Positions 36,516 through 46,081 of a stretch of 64,000 nt of DNA are shown here, in pieces. Each line of letters opens with the position of its first letter. Within the stretch, counting starts at the first letter, position 1. Position numbers and translations under genes: made by a program. The notes under the pieces were generated by a model, which did not search any database, was not told the DNA's origin, and was given only the letters and a program-made list of their open reading frames with translations. Origin of the DNA: an uncultured bacterium (GTDB lineage Bacteria; Desulfobacterota; Deferrimicrobia; J040); the NCBI GenBank assembly GCA_964429585.1, contig CAYSCN010000008.1, positions 7,530 through 71,529 on the forward strand. Reading direction: 5' to 3'.

Positions 36516-37298
36516 TCACCCGCCTCTTCTCTCCTCCCACATTTTCTCGAGCTCCTGGTAAGTTGCCGGGAACTGCGGCTCAAACCTCAGGTACTGGGGT
36601 ATCGGGTATCTGACGCCCATCTTGTGGGTCTTCTCAAGACCTTCAGCTATCTCATCGGCCATTCTGAACGGGAACGTGAACGCCATCTCGTGGTCACCTG
36701 TCATCCCGAAAACCCTGTCACCATAACACGGCAGAATCACCTGCGGTTGATCTTTCTTTTTCCCCTTGATAGCTATGTCTGAACAATCTCCCCTACCGGA
36801 AAAATCACATGTCAGTGACCCGCCTCTTTTGAACAGGGATGCATTCAAAAGCCTCAACACCTGGGCAGAATTTCCGTAAACGAGAACCGTGTCGGGCTCA
36901 AACGAGAGTCTGGAGAGCGGACCAACCACCATGTGGCTGTACTCACCGAAATCGAACTTCTCCACCACCTCCTCGAACCTCTTTCCCGCCTCTTCGTTGT
37001 CGGTATACATTCCAACCGCGAGCTTCCCGCCGGTGAAGAAATCCAGCATTTCCTCGAACCCAAACACCGCCTTGGCAACTGGACACGCAACATCCTCTCT
37101 CCCCATCGCCACGGTCCACCCGTATCTTCTGGCGATAGAAACTCCCTGACAGATGGCTATCCGCGTCGCGAGATGTTTCGAGGGTATTCTCACCTTCTCG
37201 GGCAACTCCTCCGCCGATGTGAACATCTTGATTCCCAGAGGGAATGTCTCCGTCCGAAGATATTTTTCGAGGACTGCTGCAAGTTCGCCGGGATTCAT
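36516..37298 (-). CDS. DUF169-family protein (hypothetical)
   Basis: Length and conserved segments (LGIKMF..., CQGVSIARRYG, VGPLSRLSFEPD) consistent with DUF169. Confidence 0.55.
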   Translation of the reverse strand: MNPGELAAVLEKYLRTETFPLGIKMFTSAEELPEKVRIPSKHLATRIAICQGVSIARRYGWTVAMGREDVACPVAKAVFGFEEMLDFFTGGKLAVGMYTDNEEAGKRFEEVVEKFDFGEYSHMVVGPLSRLSFEPDTVLVYGNSAQVLRLLNASLFKRGGSLTCDFSGRGDCSDIAIKGKKKDQPQVILPCYGDRVFGMTGDHEMAFTFPFRMADEIAEGLEKTHKMGVRYPIPQYLRFEPQFPATYQELEKMWEERRGG

Positions 37299-37607
37299 GT
37301 TTTCCTCCTTTTAATTAATAAAGTAAATATGTTGTTAAACCCCTCTGTCCCTCGTTTATCGACTTCCGACCATCGACTGTGGGAAATTTTCGTGAGTTGC
37401 TAGTCGATATTCGCAAGTCGGAAATCGTAAGCAATGTTCAATGGAAAACATGATACGGGCGGGAGTAAATCCCGCCCCTACATAATAAATCACTAAGTAT
37501 GAATGAAAATTATAGTACGGGAGAAGTAAAAACTGAACTTGCCGAAGGTTATTTCCTCCCGTAAACCTTCCCAACTGGATGACCGAAGATTCAGTCCCTC
37601 GTGCAAC

Positions 37608-38915
37608 TCAATCCCACTTTCTCCTATCAACAACCTTCTTCTCAGGCTCGGTTACCTCACTCCTGGAAACAAAGACAACCTCACCTCTCAGTTTGAGAAC
37701 TTCTCTGGCAGCACCCTCAATATCCTCTTTAAGAGAGTCACCAGCAGTCACCCCCTCTTTTAAAACCGCCTGTATGACCATCCTGTCCTCGTGCCCTTCT
37801 CTGTATACCGCTATCTGTATCAAATCCACTTCATCAAATTTAGCCTCGAGGCTCTGCACCTGTCCGGGATGAACGAACATCCCCTTTATCTTCGTCACCT
37901 GGTCTACTCTCCCAAGCCACCCGGCCAGTTTCTTCGACGTTCGTCCACACGGACACTTCACATCCCTGATTATGGACAGGTCTCCCGTGCCGAATCTGAC
38001 GAGAGGGTACACATTGCTCCTTATGGTAACCACCACCTCTCCCATTTCTCCGTCGGGAAGCTGCTTCCCCGTCTCCGGGTCGACAATCTCGAGTATTATT
38101 TCATCAGGAACGTGCATCCCGTCAGCGTGATAGCACTCGTATCCGAGAGCCCCCACATCGGCTGTTCCATAACACTGCCTGACGACTACGCCGTATTTGT
38201 CCAGAAACTCCTTCCTCATCGATTCAGGAAGCTTCTCCGCGGTAACGAGAGCCACCTGCAATGAAAGCTCCTCTTCGACGCTCATTCCCATTTCCTCAGC
38301 CTTCTTGAGTATCGTCATCAAAAAAGACGGAGTCCCAACGTAACCTGTGACGGGAAGTTCCCTCATTATCTGAACCTGCATCTCCGTGTTTCCCACACCA
38401 GCCGGGATGACAGTGCACCCAAGACTCGTCAGCGCCTCATCGAACATAAGCCCTGCAGGTGTCATGTGATACATGAAAGTGTTCTGGACCAGATCGCCCT
38501 TCCTGAACCCAGCTGCATAGAATACTTTTCCCCATCTCCAGTGGTCTTCTTCCCTGCCCTGGGGGTCGTAAATCGGCCCTGGAGATACGTATACTCTTTT
38601 GAGTTCAGAAATGTCCACTCCCACGAGTCCACCAAAGGGAAGGTCTTTTTCCTGTATCCTCCTGAATTCTGATTTTCTAGTTATGGGTATCTTCTCCAGA
38701 TCCTCTCTCGTTTTTACGCTTTCGGGATCGACTCCAGCGTCCTCAAATTTCTTTCTCATATACGGCGATTTCAGATACGCCGTCTCGACCGCTTCCTTCA
38801 ATATCTTCTTTTCAAAATCGACCCTCTCTTCGGGAGACATGGTCTCTACATCCCTGTCGTAGAACCCGCTCTTCCTGTCAAACATCTCGACCTCCTGTTC
38901 TGATGGGAAATCCAT
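37608..38915 (-). CDS. Phenylacetate-CoA ligase family (PaaK-like, AMP-forming adenylating enzyme)
   Basis: PaaK-type motifs: YVGTPSFLMTI, QCYGTADVG, GEVVVTIRSNVYPLVRFGTGDL, KCPCGRT, KIKGMFVHPGQV. Confidence 0.85.
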   Translation of the reverse strand: MDFPSEQEVEMFDRKSGFYDRDVETMSPEERVDFEKKILKEAVETAYLKSPYMRKKFEDAGVDPESVKTREDLEKIPITRKSEFRRIQEKDLPFGGLVGVDISELKRVYVSPGPIYDPQGREEDHWRWGKVFYAAGFRKGDLVQNTFMYHMTPAGLMFDEALTSLGCTVIPAGVGNTEMQVQIMRELPVTGYVGTPSFLMTILKKAEEMGMSVEEELSLQVALVTAEKLPESMRKEFLDKYGVVVRQCYGTADVGALGYECYHADGMHVPDEIILEIVDPETGKQLPDGEMGEVVVTIRSNVYPLVRFGTGDLSIIRDVKCPCGRTSKKLAGWLGRVDQVTKIKGMFVHPGQVQSLEAKFDEVDLIQIAVYREGHEDRMVIQAVLKEGVTAGDSLKEDIEGAAREVLKLRGEVVFVSRSEVTEPEKKVVDRRKWD

Positions 38916-38921
38916 ACCGGT

Positions 38922-39845
38922 TTAAGAGAGCCACCTTTTCCTTCTCTTGTAATGCTTGACGTCCCTGTAACTCTTCCTGGAACCGACTTCAGTCAGCCCC
39001 AGGTAGAACTCCTTCACGTCTTCGTTTTCTCTTAGTTTGTCCGCCTCTCCATCGAGAACTATTTTCCCGTTCTCCATTATGTAACCGTAATCGGCTATGG
39101 ACAGAGCTATTCTAGCGTTCTGTTCCACCAAAAGTATCGTTGTCCCTTCTTTCTTGTTTATGTCCCTGATTATCTCAAATATCTCCTTAACCAGGAGTGG
39201 AGACAGCCCAAGCGAAGGTTCGTCCAGGAGCATAAGCTGAGGCCTTGCCATCAGGGCTCTCCCGATCGCGAGCATCTGTTGTTCACCGCCGCTCAAGTAT
39301 CCAGCCAGCTGCTTCCTCCTCTCCTTCAGCCGCGGGAAATAGTGGTAGACCTTCTCGAAGTCCTCCTTGATCCCTTTCTTGTCCTTCCTGGTGTAACTTC
39401 CACAGATCAGATTTTCTTCCACCGTCAGGTCTTCGAATACTCTTCTTCCTTCCATGACCTGGAATATTCCGAGCCTCACTATTTCTTCGGGTTCCTTCCC
39501 ATCGATCCTCTCGTCCCCAAAGTATATGTCTCCATCGGTGACTTCCCCTTCCTCGGCTTTCAAAAGACCAGAAATAGCCTTGAGAGTAGTGCTCTTACCA
39601 GCTCCATTGGCTCCCAGCAAAGCCACGATCTTTCCCTCTTCCACCTGAAGGGAAAGCCCTTTGAGGACTAATATCACCTCATTGTAAACGACCTCGATGT
39701 TGTTGACCTTGAGCATGTCCGACTCCTCTACAGTTTTTCTCCATACTGGCAATTCGGACTGAGGAAAAAATATCACCTGGTCTCCGCACTCCGAATTGCC
39801 GCAATAGAGGAAAGAGGGGGGGCAGTGCCCCCCTCTTGTTCTCAA
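38922..39845 (-). CDS. ABC transporter ATP-binding protein, LivF-like (branched-chain/aromatic acid uptake family)
   Basis: Walker A GANGAGKST. Signature LSGGEQQMLAIGRAL. Walker B LMLLDEPSLGL. True start probably MLKVNNIEVVY (~39716). Confidence 0.85.
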   Translation of the reverse strand: MRTRGGHCPPSFLYCGNSECGDQVIFFPQSELPVWRKTVEESDMLKVNNIEVVYNEVILVLKGLSLQVEEGKIVALLGANGAGKSTTLKAISGLLKAEEGEVTDGDIYFGDERIDGKEPEEIVRLGIFQVMEGRRVFEDLTVEENLICGSYTRKDKKGIKEDFEKVYHYFPRLKERRKQLAGYLSGGEQQMLAIGRALMARPQLMLLDEPSLGLSPLLVKEIFEIIRDINKKEGTTILLVEQNARIALSIADYGYIMENGKIVLDGEADKLRENEDVKEFYLGLTEVGSRKSYRDVKHYKRRKRWLS

Positions 39846-41078
39846 TCAGTACCCGAGCCACTCCTTCTTTCTGGGAAGCTCTATCGTTGTGACGTAGACC
39901 ATCTTGTCGTTTTCGTACTTGTAAATTTTAGCCGACATATTGGGACGATGGTCATCCGGCGTGTAAGTGATCGGAGCCGTGAGTCCACCAGTATCGAAAT
40001 TCCTGAGCGACTCGAGGGCCTTCTTGATTCCAGGACCGTTCAGCTCACCGGCCTTGTCGGCTCTTTTGAGGGCCTCAGCCATGACCATCATGGAGACCCA
40101 GCCTCTTATGAAGTGTGTCATCTGATGCTTGCCCTTGGTTACTTCGAGTATGGGCTTCATACCGGGCACATCGTCTCCGTAAACCGCGGCAGCCTGAAGA
40201 CCAAACGCCCTGCCGTTCTGGGCCCCCTCGGCCAGCTTGAGAAGATTCTCATCATTGCCCCAGATGTTGATCAGGAACTTGGTCTTGAGTCCGAGCTTCC
40301 TCGCATCCTTCAGGATGACCGCTGTCGAAGGCGTCGTTCCTCCGATCCACGCGAAGTCCGCGCCCTTCTCCTTTATGGAGAGAAGCTGGGAGGTCGCCTC
40401 GATGGCCCTCAGTTCGACGATCTCGTCTCCGACGATCTCGAAGCCGAGCTCCTTGGCATACTCTTTTCCGCCCTTGATGGGAGCGAGACCATAGGGGTGG
40501 TTGGGATAGATGAACGCTATCTTCGGAGGTCTGCTCTCTTTCCAGTTGTCCTTCAAAAACTTCAATCCAGCCCGAAGCTGCGTGGTGTAGTCAGCAGCGA
40601 TGAAGAAGTTGTAGGGAGACTTCTTCGGGTCGGTCAGGTGCGCAGAGTAAGAAGCGGACATGTAAGGTATCTTGTCCTTTGCCACGAACTTCGTGAGAGC
40701 CTCGGTGTCTCCGGTGCCCCATCCCTGAATGGCGATGACTCCCTGCTGAACGAACTTCTTGTACTGGGTTATCGCCTTGTTCTTGTCATAGGCGTAGTCG
40801 ACAGTGCGAAGGTCTATCATCTTCCCGTTGATGCCACCGTGCTCGTTGATGTACTTGGCTGCCGCCTTGACTCCCTCGGCGTAGGGTTTGCCGACAGCAG
40901 ATGTCGGACCGGTCAGGTCAGCCAGATGTCCGATGAGAATCTTATCGGCAGCGAATGCTGTTCCCCCAGCGATGAATCCAATAGTGAAAACCAAAGCAAT
41001 AAGAACCGACAGAATCCTTCTCATAACCTCCTCCTTTCTGTTTTTTTTGATTGCCCTGTCTCCCATCTTTCTCATCAT
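39846..41078 (-). CDS. ABC transporter substrate-binding protein, LivJ/LivK-like (Peripla_BP_6)
   Basis: Signal peptide then type-I periplasmic binding fold (KILIGHLADLTGPTS..., IQGWGTGDTEA...). Start probably MRRILSVLIAL. Confidence 0.85.
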   Translation of the reverse strand: MMRKMGDRAIKKNRKEEVMRRILSVLIALVFTIGFIAGGTAFAADKILIGHLADLTGPTSAVGKPYAEGVKAAAKYINEHGGINGKMIDLRTVDYAYDKNKAITQYKKFVQQGVIAIQGWGTGDTEALTKFVAKDKIPYMSASYSAHLTDPKKSPYNFFIAADYTTQLRAGLKFLKDNWKESRPPKIAFIYPNHPYGLAPIKGGKEYAKELGFEIVGDEIVELRAIEATSQLLSIKEKGADFAWIGGTTPSTAVILKDARKLGLKTKFLINIWGNDENLLKLAEGAQNGRAFGLQAAAVYGDDVPGMKPILEVTKGKHQMTHFIRGWVSMMVMAEALKRADKAGELNGPGIKKALESLRNFDTGGLTAPITYTPDDHRPNMSAKIYKYENDKMVYVTTIELPRKKEWLGY

Positions 41079-41104
41079 TCCCCCGTCTCACCCCCCTTCC
41101 TCTT

Positions 41105-42151
41105 TTAATAGGAGAACGGATAAAGTTTCCAGTAAGCCTTGATGAGATTCCAGCGGTGCGCTATGCCATCGGGCTCGAAGACGAGGAACAGGATAATGAT
41201 TAGCCCGAAAACGCCGTCCTGAATCGAGAGTATGAAATCTGAAATGTTGGGGTAGATCCACGAAAGTTTGGACGTGATGATGGTGAGAACCTCGGGAAGA
41301 AGAACCATGAATATGGCACCGTATATCGAACCGAGAATGCTCCCGAGCCCACCTATGATAATCATCGCGAGATACTGAATCGACACGAGAATGGTGAACT
41401 GCTCCGAGGATATGAACATGAGATAATGCCCCATCAGCGCGCCCGCCACGCCCGCGTAGAATGAAGAAATCCCAAACGCCAGAAGTTTATACCTGAATAT
41501 GTCTATCCCCATGATTTCGGCCGAGATGTAATGGTCTCTCACAGCCATGAACGCCCTGCCTGTTCTCGTCCTCACCAGGTTGGTGGCGAAAAGAACGGCC
41601 GCAACCGTCACGGCGAGAACGATGAAATAATAGTATTTGTCCGCGTCGAATACGAAGGAGCCAATCGCCGGCCTGTCGAGTATCATTCCGTAGGAACCGC
41701 CCGTGACTGGCTCCCATCTGAGGAATATCCACTCGAGGATGAACTGCGAAGCGAGCGTCGCTATGGCGAGGTAGAGTCCCTTCAGTCTCAGGGAGGGAAT
41801 GCCGACGAACATTCCAATCAAGGCTGCCATCAAGCCCGCGCATGGAAGTGCCAGCCAGAATGGCAGGCCAAGCTTCACAGTTATTATTCCGGAAGTATAC
41901 GCTCCGACACCGAGAAACGCCCCGTGCCCAAGGGATATCTGCCCAGTAAATCCTGTCAGAAGGTTCAATCCAACCGAGCCGATGACAGCTATCAATATCT
42001 GAATGACGAGCGATAGAATGTAATTGGTGGAAATGAAAGGCAGGACTATCATGAAGGCAAAGAAAAGCGCCATCCAGAATCTCACGAAATTGGTCTGGAA
42101 TATCCTGCTGTCCTCTCTATAACTGGTCCTGTAATCGCCGCAGTAGTGCAT
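41105..42151 (-). CDS. ABC transporter permease, LivM-like
   Basis: 8-10 TM helices, BPD_transp_2 family pattern (GQISLGHGAFLGVGAY). Confidence 0.85.
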   Translation of the reverse strand: MHYCGDYRTSYREDSRIFQTNFVRFWMALFFAFMIVLPFISTNYILSLVIQILIAVIGSVGLNLLTGFTGQISLGHGAFLGVGAYTSGIITVKLGLPFWLALPCAGLMAALIGMFVGIPSLRLKGLYLAIATLASQFILEWIFLRWEPVTGGSYGMILDRPAIGSFVFDADKYYYFIVLAVTVAAVLFATNLVRTRTGRAFMAVRDHYISAEIMGIDIFRYKLLAFGISSFYAGVAGALMGHYLMFISSEQFTILVSIQYLAMIIIGGLGSILGSIYGAIFMVLLPEVLTIITSKLSWIYPNISDFILSIQDGVFGLIIILFLVFEPDGIAHRWNLIKAYWKLYPFSY

Positions 42152-42164
42152 CTGAATATTCCTC

Positions 42165-43055
42165 CTATACTCTCTCGATTTCCTCGGTCCCGAAGAGACC
42201 GTACGGCTTGATCATCAGGATAATCACGAGGATTATGTAAGGAGCGACCTCTTTCACCCCGCTAATGTTTAGATACAGTTTGAAAAATCCGTCGCACAGA
42301 TTTTCCAAAAGCCCGATTATCAACCCTCCTAGAGTCGCTCCGAGAATCGAATCGAGACCGCCGAGTATGACCGCGGGAAACACCTTGAGCCCGAAGTGGG
42401 AGAGCTGAATGTTGATGCCGTTTATATTGCCTATGAGCACTCCGCCCAGAGCTGAAACGACAGTGGCTATCGCCCATGAAAGAGCAAATATCCACTTGAC
42501 CGAAATTCCCATCGACTGCGCCACCTGGTTGGAAAATGCCGTCGCCCTCATCGCTATGCCCGCTCTCGAATACTTGAAGAAGAGCGAGAACAGAACCAGA
42601 AGGACCGCGGAAAGCACGAAACACCAGATGAATTCCTGGGAAACCGGGATACCCCCCACGTTCACCGTCGTTTGGGGGAAAAGCTTCGGAGAGTAGACCC
42701 TTATCTGGGTTCCCCAGACCGCCTTCACAAAAGAAGACAAAACGAGAGCAAGGCCTATCGTGACCATTATTATGGATATGATTGGTTCTCCGATCATCGG
42801 CCTTAGAACGAGCCTCTCAATGAGCAGAGCGAGAATGATCGAAAACCCCAAAGTGATCAGAAGAGCCGCCACAAATGGAATCTTCAATTGAACCACCATC
42901 GCGTAACAGACGTACGCGCCGAACATCAGAAGCTCGCCCTGAGCGAAGTTCACGACTCTCGTCGCCTTGTAAATCACCGTAAATCCAAGAGCCACCAGAG
43001 CGTATATGCTACCGATGACCAACCCACTAATTATTAGCTGTACGAAGTAGTCCAC
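42165..43055 (-). CDS. ABC transporter permease, LivH-like
   Basis: MDYFVQLIISGLVIGSIYALVALGFTVIYKATRVVNFAQGE... canonical LivH N-terminus. Confidence 0.85.
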   Translation of the reverse strand: MDYFVQLIISGLVIGSIYALVALGFTVIYKATRVVNFAQGELLMFGAYVCYAMVVQLKIPFVAALLITLGFSIILALLIERLVLRPMIGEPIISIIMVTIGLALVLSSFVKAVWGTQIRVYSPKLFPQTTVNVGGIPVSQEFIWCFVLSAVLLVLFSLFFKYSRAGIAMRATAFSNQVAQSMGISVKWIFALSWAIATVVSALGGVLIGNINGINIQLSHFGLKVFPAVILGGLDSILGATLGGLIIGLLENLCDGFFKLYLNISGVKEVAPYIILVIILMIKPYGLFGTEEIERV

Positions 43056-44991
43056 CTGAGTCGTCCTCCTTCATTAGGTCTTTGATGATCATGGTCGTCT
43101 TTATGTGGGACTCTTTTCCGTCCTGGTATTTGATCGTGGCCTCGATGTATATATCCTCCGCATCCGAATACATGGCCTCTATAACCTTTTTGTATCTTTC
43201 CTCGACGAACTTCCTCCTGACTTTCCTGGTCCTGGTCAGCTCGTCGTCGTCCGCATCCAGCTCCTTGTATAGGAGCACGAACTTCCTTATTCGTGATTCC
43301 TCGGGGAGGGTGTCGTTCACCTTCCTCACCTCTTCCTCCATCATGTCGTAAACCTCTTTCTTCGAGGCGAGGTCGGTGTAGGTTGTATAACCAATTTTTC
43401 TCGTCTCAGCCCACTTACCCACGTTCGGATAATCGATGCATATCATTGCGGCTATGTAATCCCTTCCGTGCCCGAGACAAACCGCCTCCTTGACATAGGG
43501 AGAAAACTTGAGTTTGTTCTCGATGAACTGGGGCGAGAACCTCGTCCCATTGTTCAGCACCATCACGTCCTTGAGCCTGTCTATAACTATCAGATGACCA
43601 TCCTCGGTGAAGTAGCCCGCGTCACCGGAGTGCAACCAGCCTCCTTCGAGCGTCTCCTTCGTAGCCTCGTCGTTCTTGTAATAACCGATGAAAACAGATG
43701 GACTCCTGGACAGTATCTCTCCCCTCTCCGAAATTTTTATCTCGGTCTCCGGTATCGGTTTTCCCACCGAGTCGAAATTGATGTCGTCGTCCCTGTGGAC
43801 GCAGGATATACCGGATATTTCCGTCTGCCCGTATATTTGTTTAAGGTTGACGCCAATGGCGTGGAAAAACCGGAACACGTCGGGACCAAGCGCCGCTCCG
43901 CCGGTGTATGCCGTCCTGATTCTCAACAGCCCAAGCCTGTCCTTCAATGCCCTGAAAAGCAGCCAGTAAGCGAGCTTGTATTTTATCTTCAGGCTCAACG
44001 GAGGAGTTTTCTTCTGAAACTTGTAATCAGCGTACTGATAACCTATGGGGAGCATTAGATTGTACATGAATCTCTTGAACGGCGTGGCGTCGAGTATCTT
44101 CACCTGGACGGTGGAATTCATGTTCTCCCATATTCTCGGGGGAGAGAACATCACGTGTGGTCCTATCTCTCTTATGTTTTCCTGGACAGTTTCCGGCTCC
44201 TCCGGGAAGTTGACCGTAAATCCGATGAGAAGTGCGCTGGAAACAGACATCATCTGCTCACCTATCCAGGCAAGCGGTAGAAAAGAGACGAAATCGTCGT
44301 CTTCCCTCTTCGGGTCTACTTCATTCAGGTTCTTCGCCATGGAGAGCATGTTCCTGTAAGATAGAAGAGCGCCTTTGGGGAAACCCGTGGTACCAGAGGT
44401 GTAGCATATAAGGGCCAGATCTTCCCATGAAGTCTCATCCACCATCTTGTCGAACAGATCGGGTTCTTTCGCCTCCAGTTCTCTTCCGAAAAGTTCCACC
44501 TCTTTGAAATCCAGAAGGAATGGCTGATTGTAGTTCCTCATTCCCCTTGGATCGGTGTATATGACGTATTTCACCTTTGGAAGCTGATCCATCATGTCCA
44601 GCACTTTGTCGACCTGTTCCTGGTCCTCGGCCACCACGAACGTGGAGTCGGAATGATCGATAACGTAAGCAACTTCCTTCAAAGTAGAGTCCTGATATAT
44701 TCCCAGCGGAACCGCTCCAACGGATTGAGCAGCGAGCTCGGCCATGACCCATTCGGGGCGATTGTCGCCAATTATCGAAACCTTGTCACCCTTTTTGAGC
44801 CCCAGGCTTATGAGCCCAAGAGCGAAGTGCTTGACTCTCGTGTAATACTCCTTCCACGTGTACTCCTGCCAGATTCCAAATTCCTTCTCTCTCAACGCGA
44901 CTTTCCTGTCTCCCAGGCGCTTCGCCTGGTACCTCAAAAGTTTCGGGAAAGTGTCGTGTTCCTTGAGAATCTCGTTTACGTTCACCGTCAT
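43027..44991 (-). CDS. AMP-dependent synthetase/ligase (long-chain acyl-CoA synthetase-like) embedded in the ABC operon
   Basis: AMP-binding motifs ICYTSGTTGFPKGALLSY, GYGQTE, WLHSGDAGYFTEDGHLIVIDRLKD. Confidence 0.8.
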   Translation of the reverse strand: MTVNVNEILKEHDTFPKLLRYQAKRLGDRKVALREKEFGIWQEYTWKEYYTRVKHFALGLISLGLKKGDKVSIIGDNRPEWVMAELAAQSVGAVPLGIYQDSTLKEVAYVIDHSDSTFVVAEDQEQVDKVLDMMDQLPKVKYVIYTDPRGMRNYNQPFLLDFKEVELFGRELEAKEPDLFDKMVDETSWEDLALICYTSGTTGFPKGALLSYRNMLSMAKNLNEVDPKREDDDFVSFLPLAWIGEQMMSVSSALLIGFTVNFPEEPETVQENIREIGPHVMFSPPRIWENMNSTVQVKILDATPFKRFMYNLMLPIGYQYADYKFQKKTPPLSLKIKYKLAYWLLFRALKDRLGLLRIRTAYTGGAALGPDVFRFFHAIGVNLKQIYGQTEISGISCVHRDDDINFDSVGKPIPETEIKISERGEILSRSPSVFIGYYKNDEATKETLEGGWLHSGDAGYFTEDGHLIVIDRLKDVMVLNNGTRFSPQFIENKLKFSPYVKEAVCLGHGRDYIAAMICIDYPNVGKWAETRKIGYTTYTDLASKKEVYDMMEEEVRKVNDTLPEESRIRKFVLLYKELDADDDELTRTRKVRRKFVEERYKKVIEAMYSDAEDIYIEATIKYQDGKESHIKTTMIIKDLMKEDDSGGLLRTANN

Positions 44992-45785
44992 TGTAGTTTC
45001 GCCTCCATTTCTCTCAGGAAATCATCCTCCTCCCCTATGTAGGCGCGAATGACGTGCGGGTCATTCGCCACTTCCATCGGTTCACCTTCCGCTATCTTGA
45101 TGCCGAAATCGAGAACGGAAACCGTATGGCTTATGTCCATGACCACGCCCATATCGTGTTCTATCAAAAGAACCGTGATCCCCCACTCCTCGTTTATGTC
45201 TATTATGTACCTGGCCATGTCTTCCTTTTCTTCCAGGTTCATTCCCGCCATCGGCTCGTCGAGAAGGAGAATTCTGGGCTTGAGAGCCAGGGCTCTACCA
45301 AGCTCGACTCTCTTCTGAAGACCATATGGAAGGGTCCCGACGATTTTTTTCCTGATATTTTCAATCTCGAGGAAGTCTATTATGTCTTCCACCATCCTCC
45401 TGTTCTCAATCTCCTCCTGCTCAGTGCCAAACCAGTAAAGGCCATTCGACAGAAAACCCTTCTTCATGTGAACGTGCCTGCCCATCATCAGGTTGTCCAG
45501 GACGGTCATTCCCCTGAACAGGGCGATGTTCTGAAATGTCCGCGCGATTCCAAGGGCCGCAACCTTGTGAGGCTTCATCCCGGTGATTTCCCTGTCCTCA
45601 TAGATGACCTTGCCCTTCTGCGGTCTGTATACACCACTTATCACGTTGAATATGGAAGTTTTCCCTGCCCCGTTGGGTCCTATGATGGCGTGAATGGTTC
45701 CTTCCTCAATCTCGATGCTCACCCCGTTGATTGCCTTAACACCCCCGAAGGCGAGATGGATGTCCTGAAGACTTAGAAGTGCCAT
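44988..45785 (-). CDS. ABC transporter ATP-binding protein, LivG-like
   Basis: Walker A GPNGAGKTS. Signature YGLQKRVELGRAL. Walker B LLLDEPMAGM. First gene of operon. Confidence 0.85.
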   Translation of the reverse strand: MALLSLQDIHLAFGGVKAINGVSIEIEEGTIHAIIGPNGAGKTSIFNVISGVYRPQKGKVIYEDREITGMKPHKVAALGIARTFQNIALFRGMTVLDNLMMGRHVHMKKGFLSNGLYWFGTEQEEIENRRMVEDIIDFLEIENIRKKIVGTLPYGLQKRVELGRALALKPRILLLDEPMAGMNLEEKEDMARYIIDINEEWGITVLLIEHDMGVVMDISHTVSVLDFGIKIAEGEPMEVANDPHVIRAYIGEEDDFLREMEAKLQ

Positions 45786-45826
45786 TCCCCTTCTCCTCGC
45801 ACATGTATTGTGTGTATTCTTCTATT

Positions 45827-45841
45827 ACAATCCCCGTGCCA
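45827..45841 (-). promoter_or_regulatory. sigma54-type -24/-12 element TGGCACGGGGATTGT ~40 nt upstream of the LivG-like start, with inverted repeat AGAACA-N6-TGTTCT (45930-45947) ~90 bp further upstream
   Basis: GG-N10-GT spacing. RBS GAGGAGAAGGGG before ATG. Adjacent divergently organised CbrB-like sigma54 activator. Confidence 0.45.
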
Positions 45842-46081
45842 GTAAAAATACGTTATATTTATCCTCAATTTCCCAATATATTGTTTCCTCTGATGGCTCA
45901 ACGCGTTTTTTAAAACGTTTTATTGTTACAGAACACCTCGATGTTCTAAGAGATAAAAACCGTTTTATAGATTGTCATCATTCAGTGGAAAAAATAGACA
46001 GTAAGATACCCATCAAGAAGCTTTGGTGAAAATACCAACTCTAATGGTGATATTTTTGGTAAATTTACCAAAGGCGCCCGG

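Noticed and set aside
37457-37477. GGGCGGGA-gtaaa-TCCCGCCC hairpin downstream of the PaaK-like gene
   Set aside because: Good stem, but it lies 130 nt past the stop codon and the following U-tract on the relevant strand is only TGTTTT. Possible weak terminator, not confident enough to call.
39825-41108. 427-aa ORF on the + strand
   Set aside because: Lies entirely antisense to a clear LivK-like substrate-binding-protein gene. Its translation is low-complexity (S/L/R/V-rich) with no recognisable domain. Typical shadow ORF of a GC-skewed coding strand.
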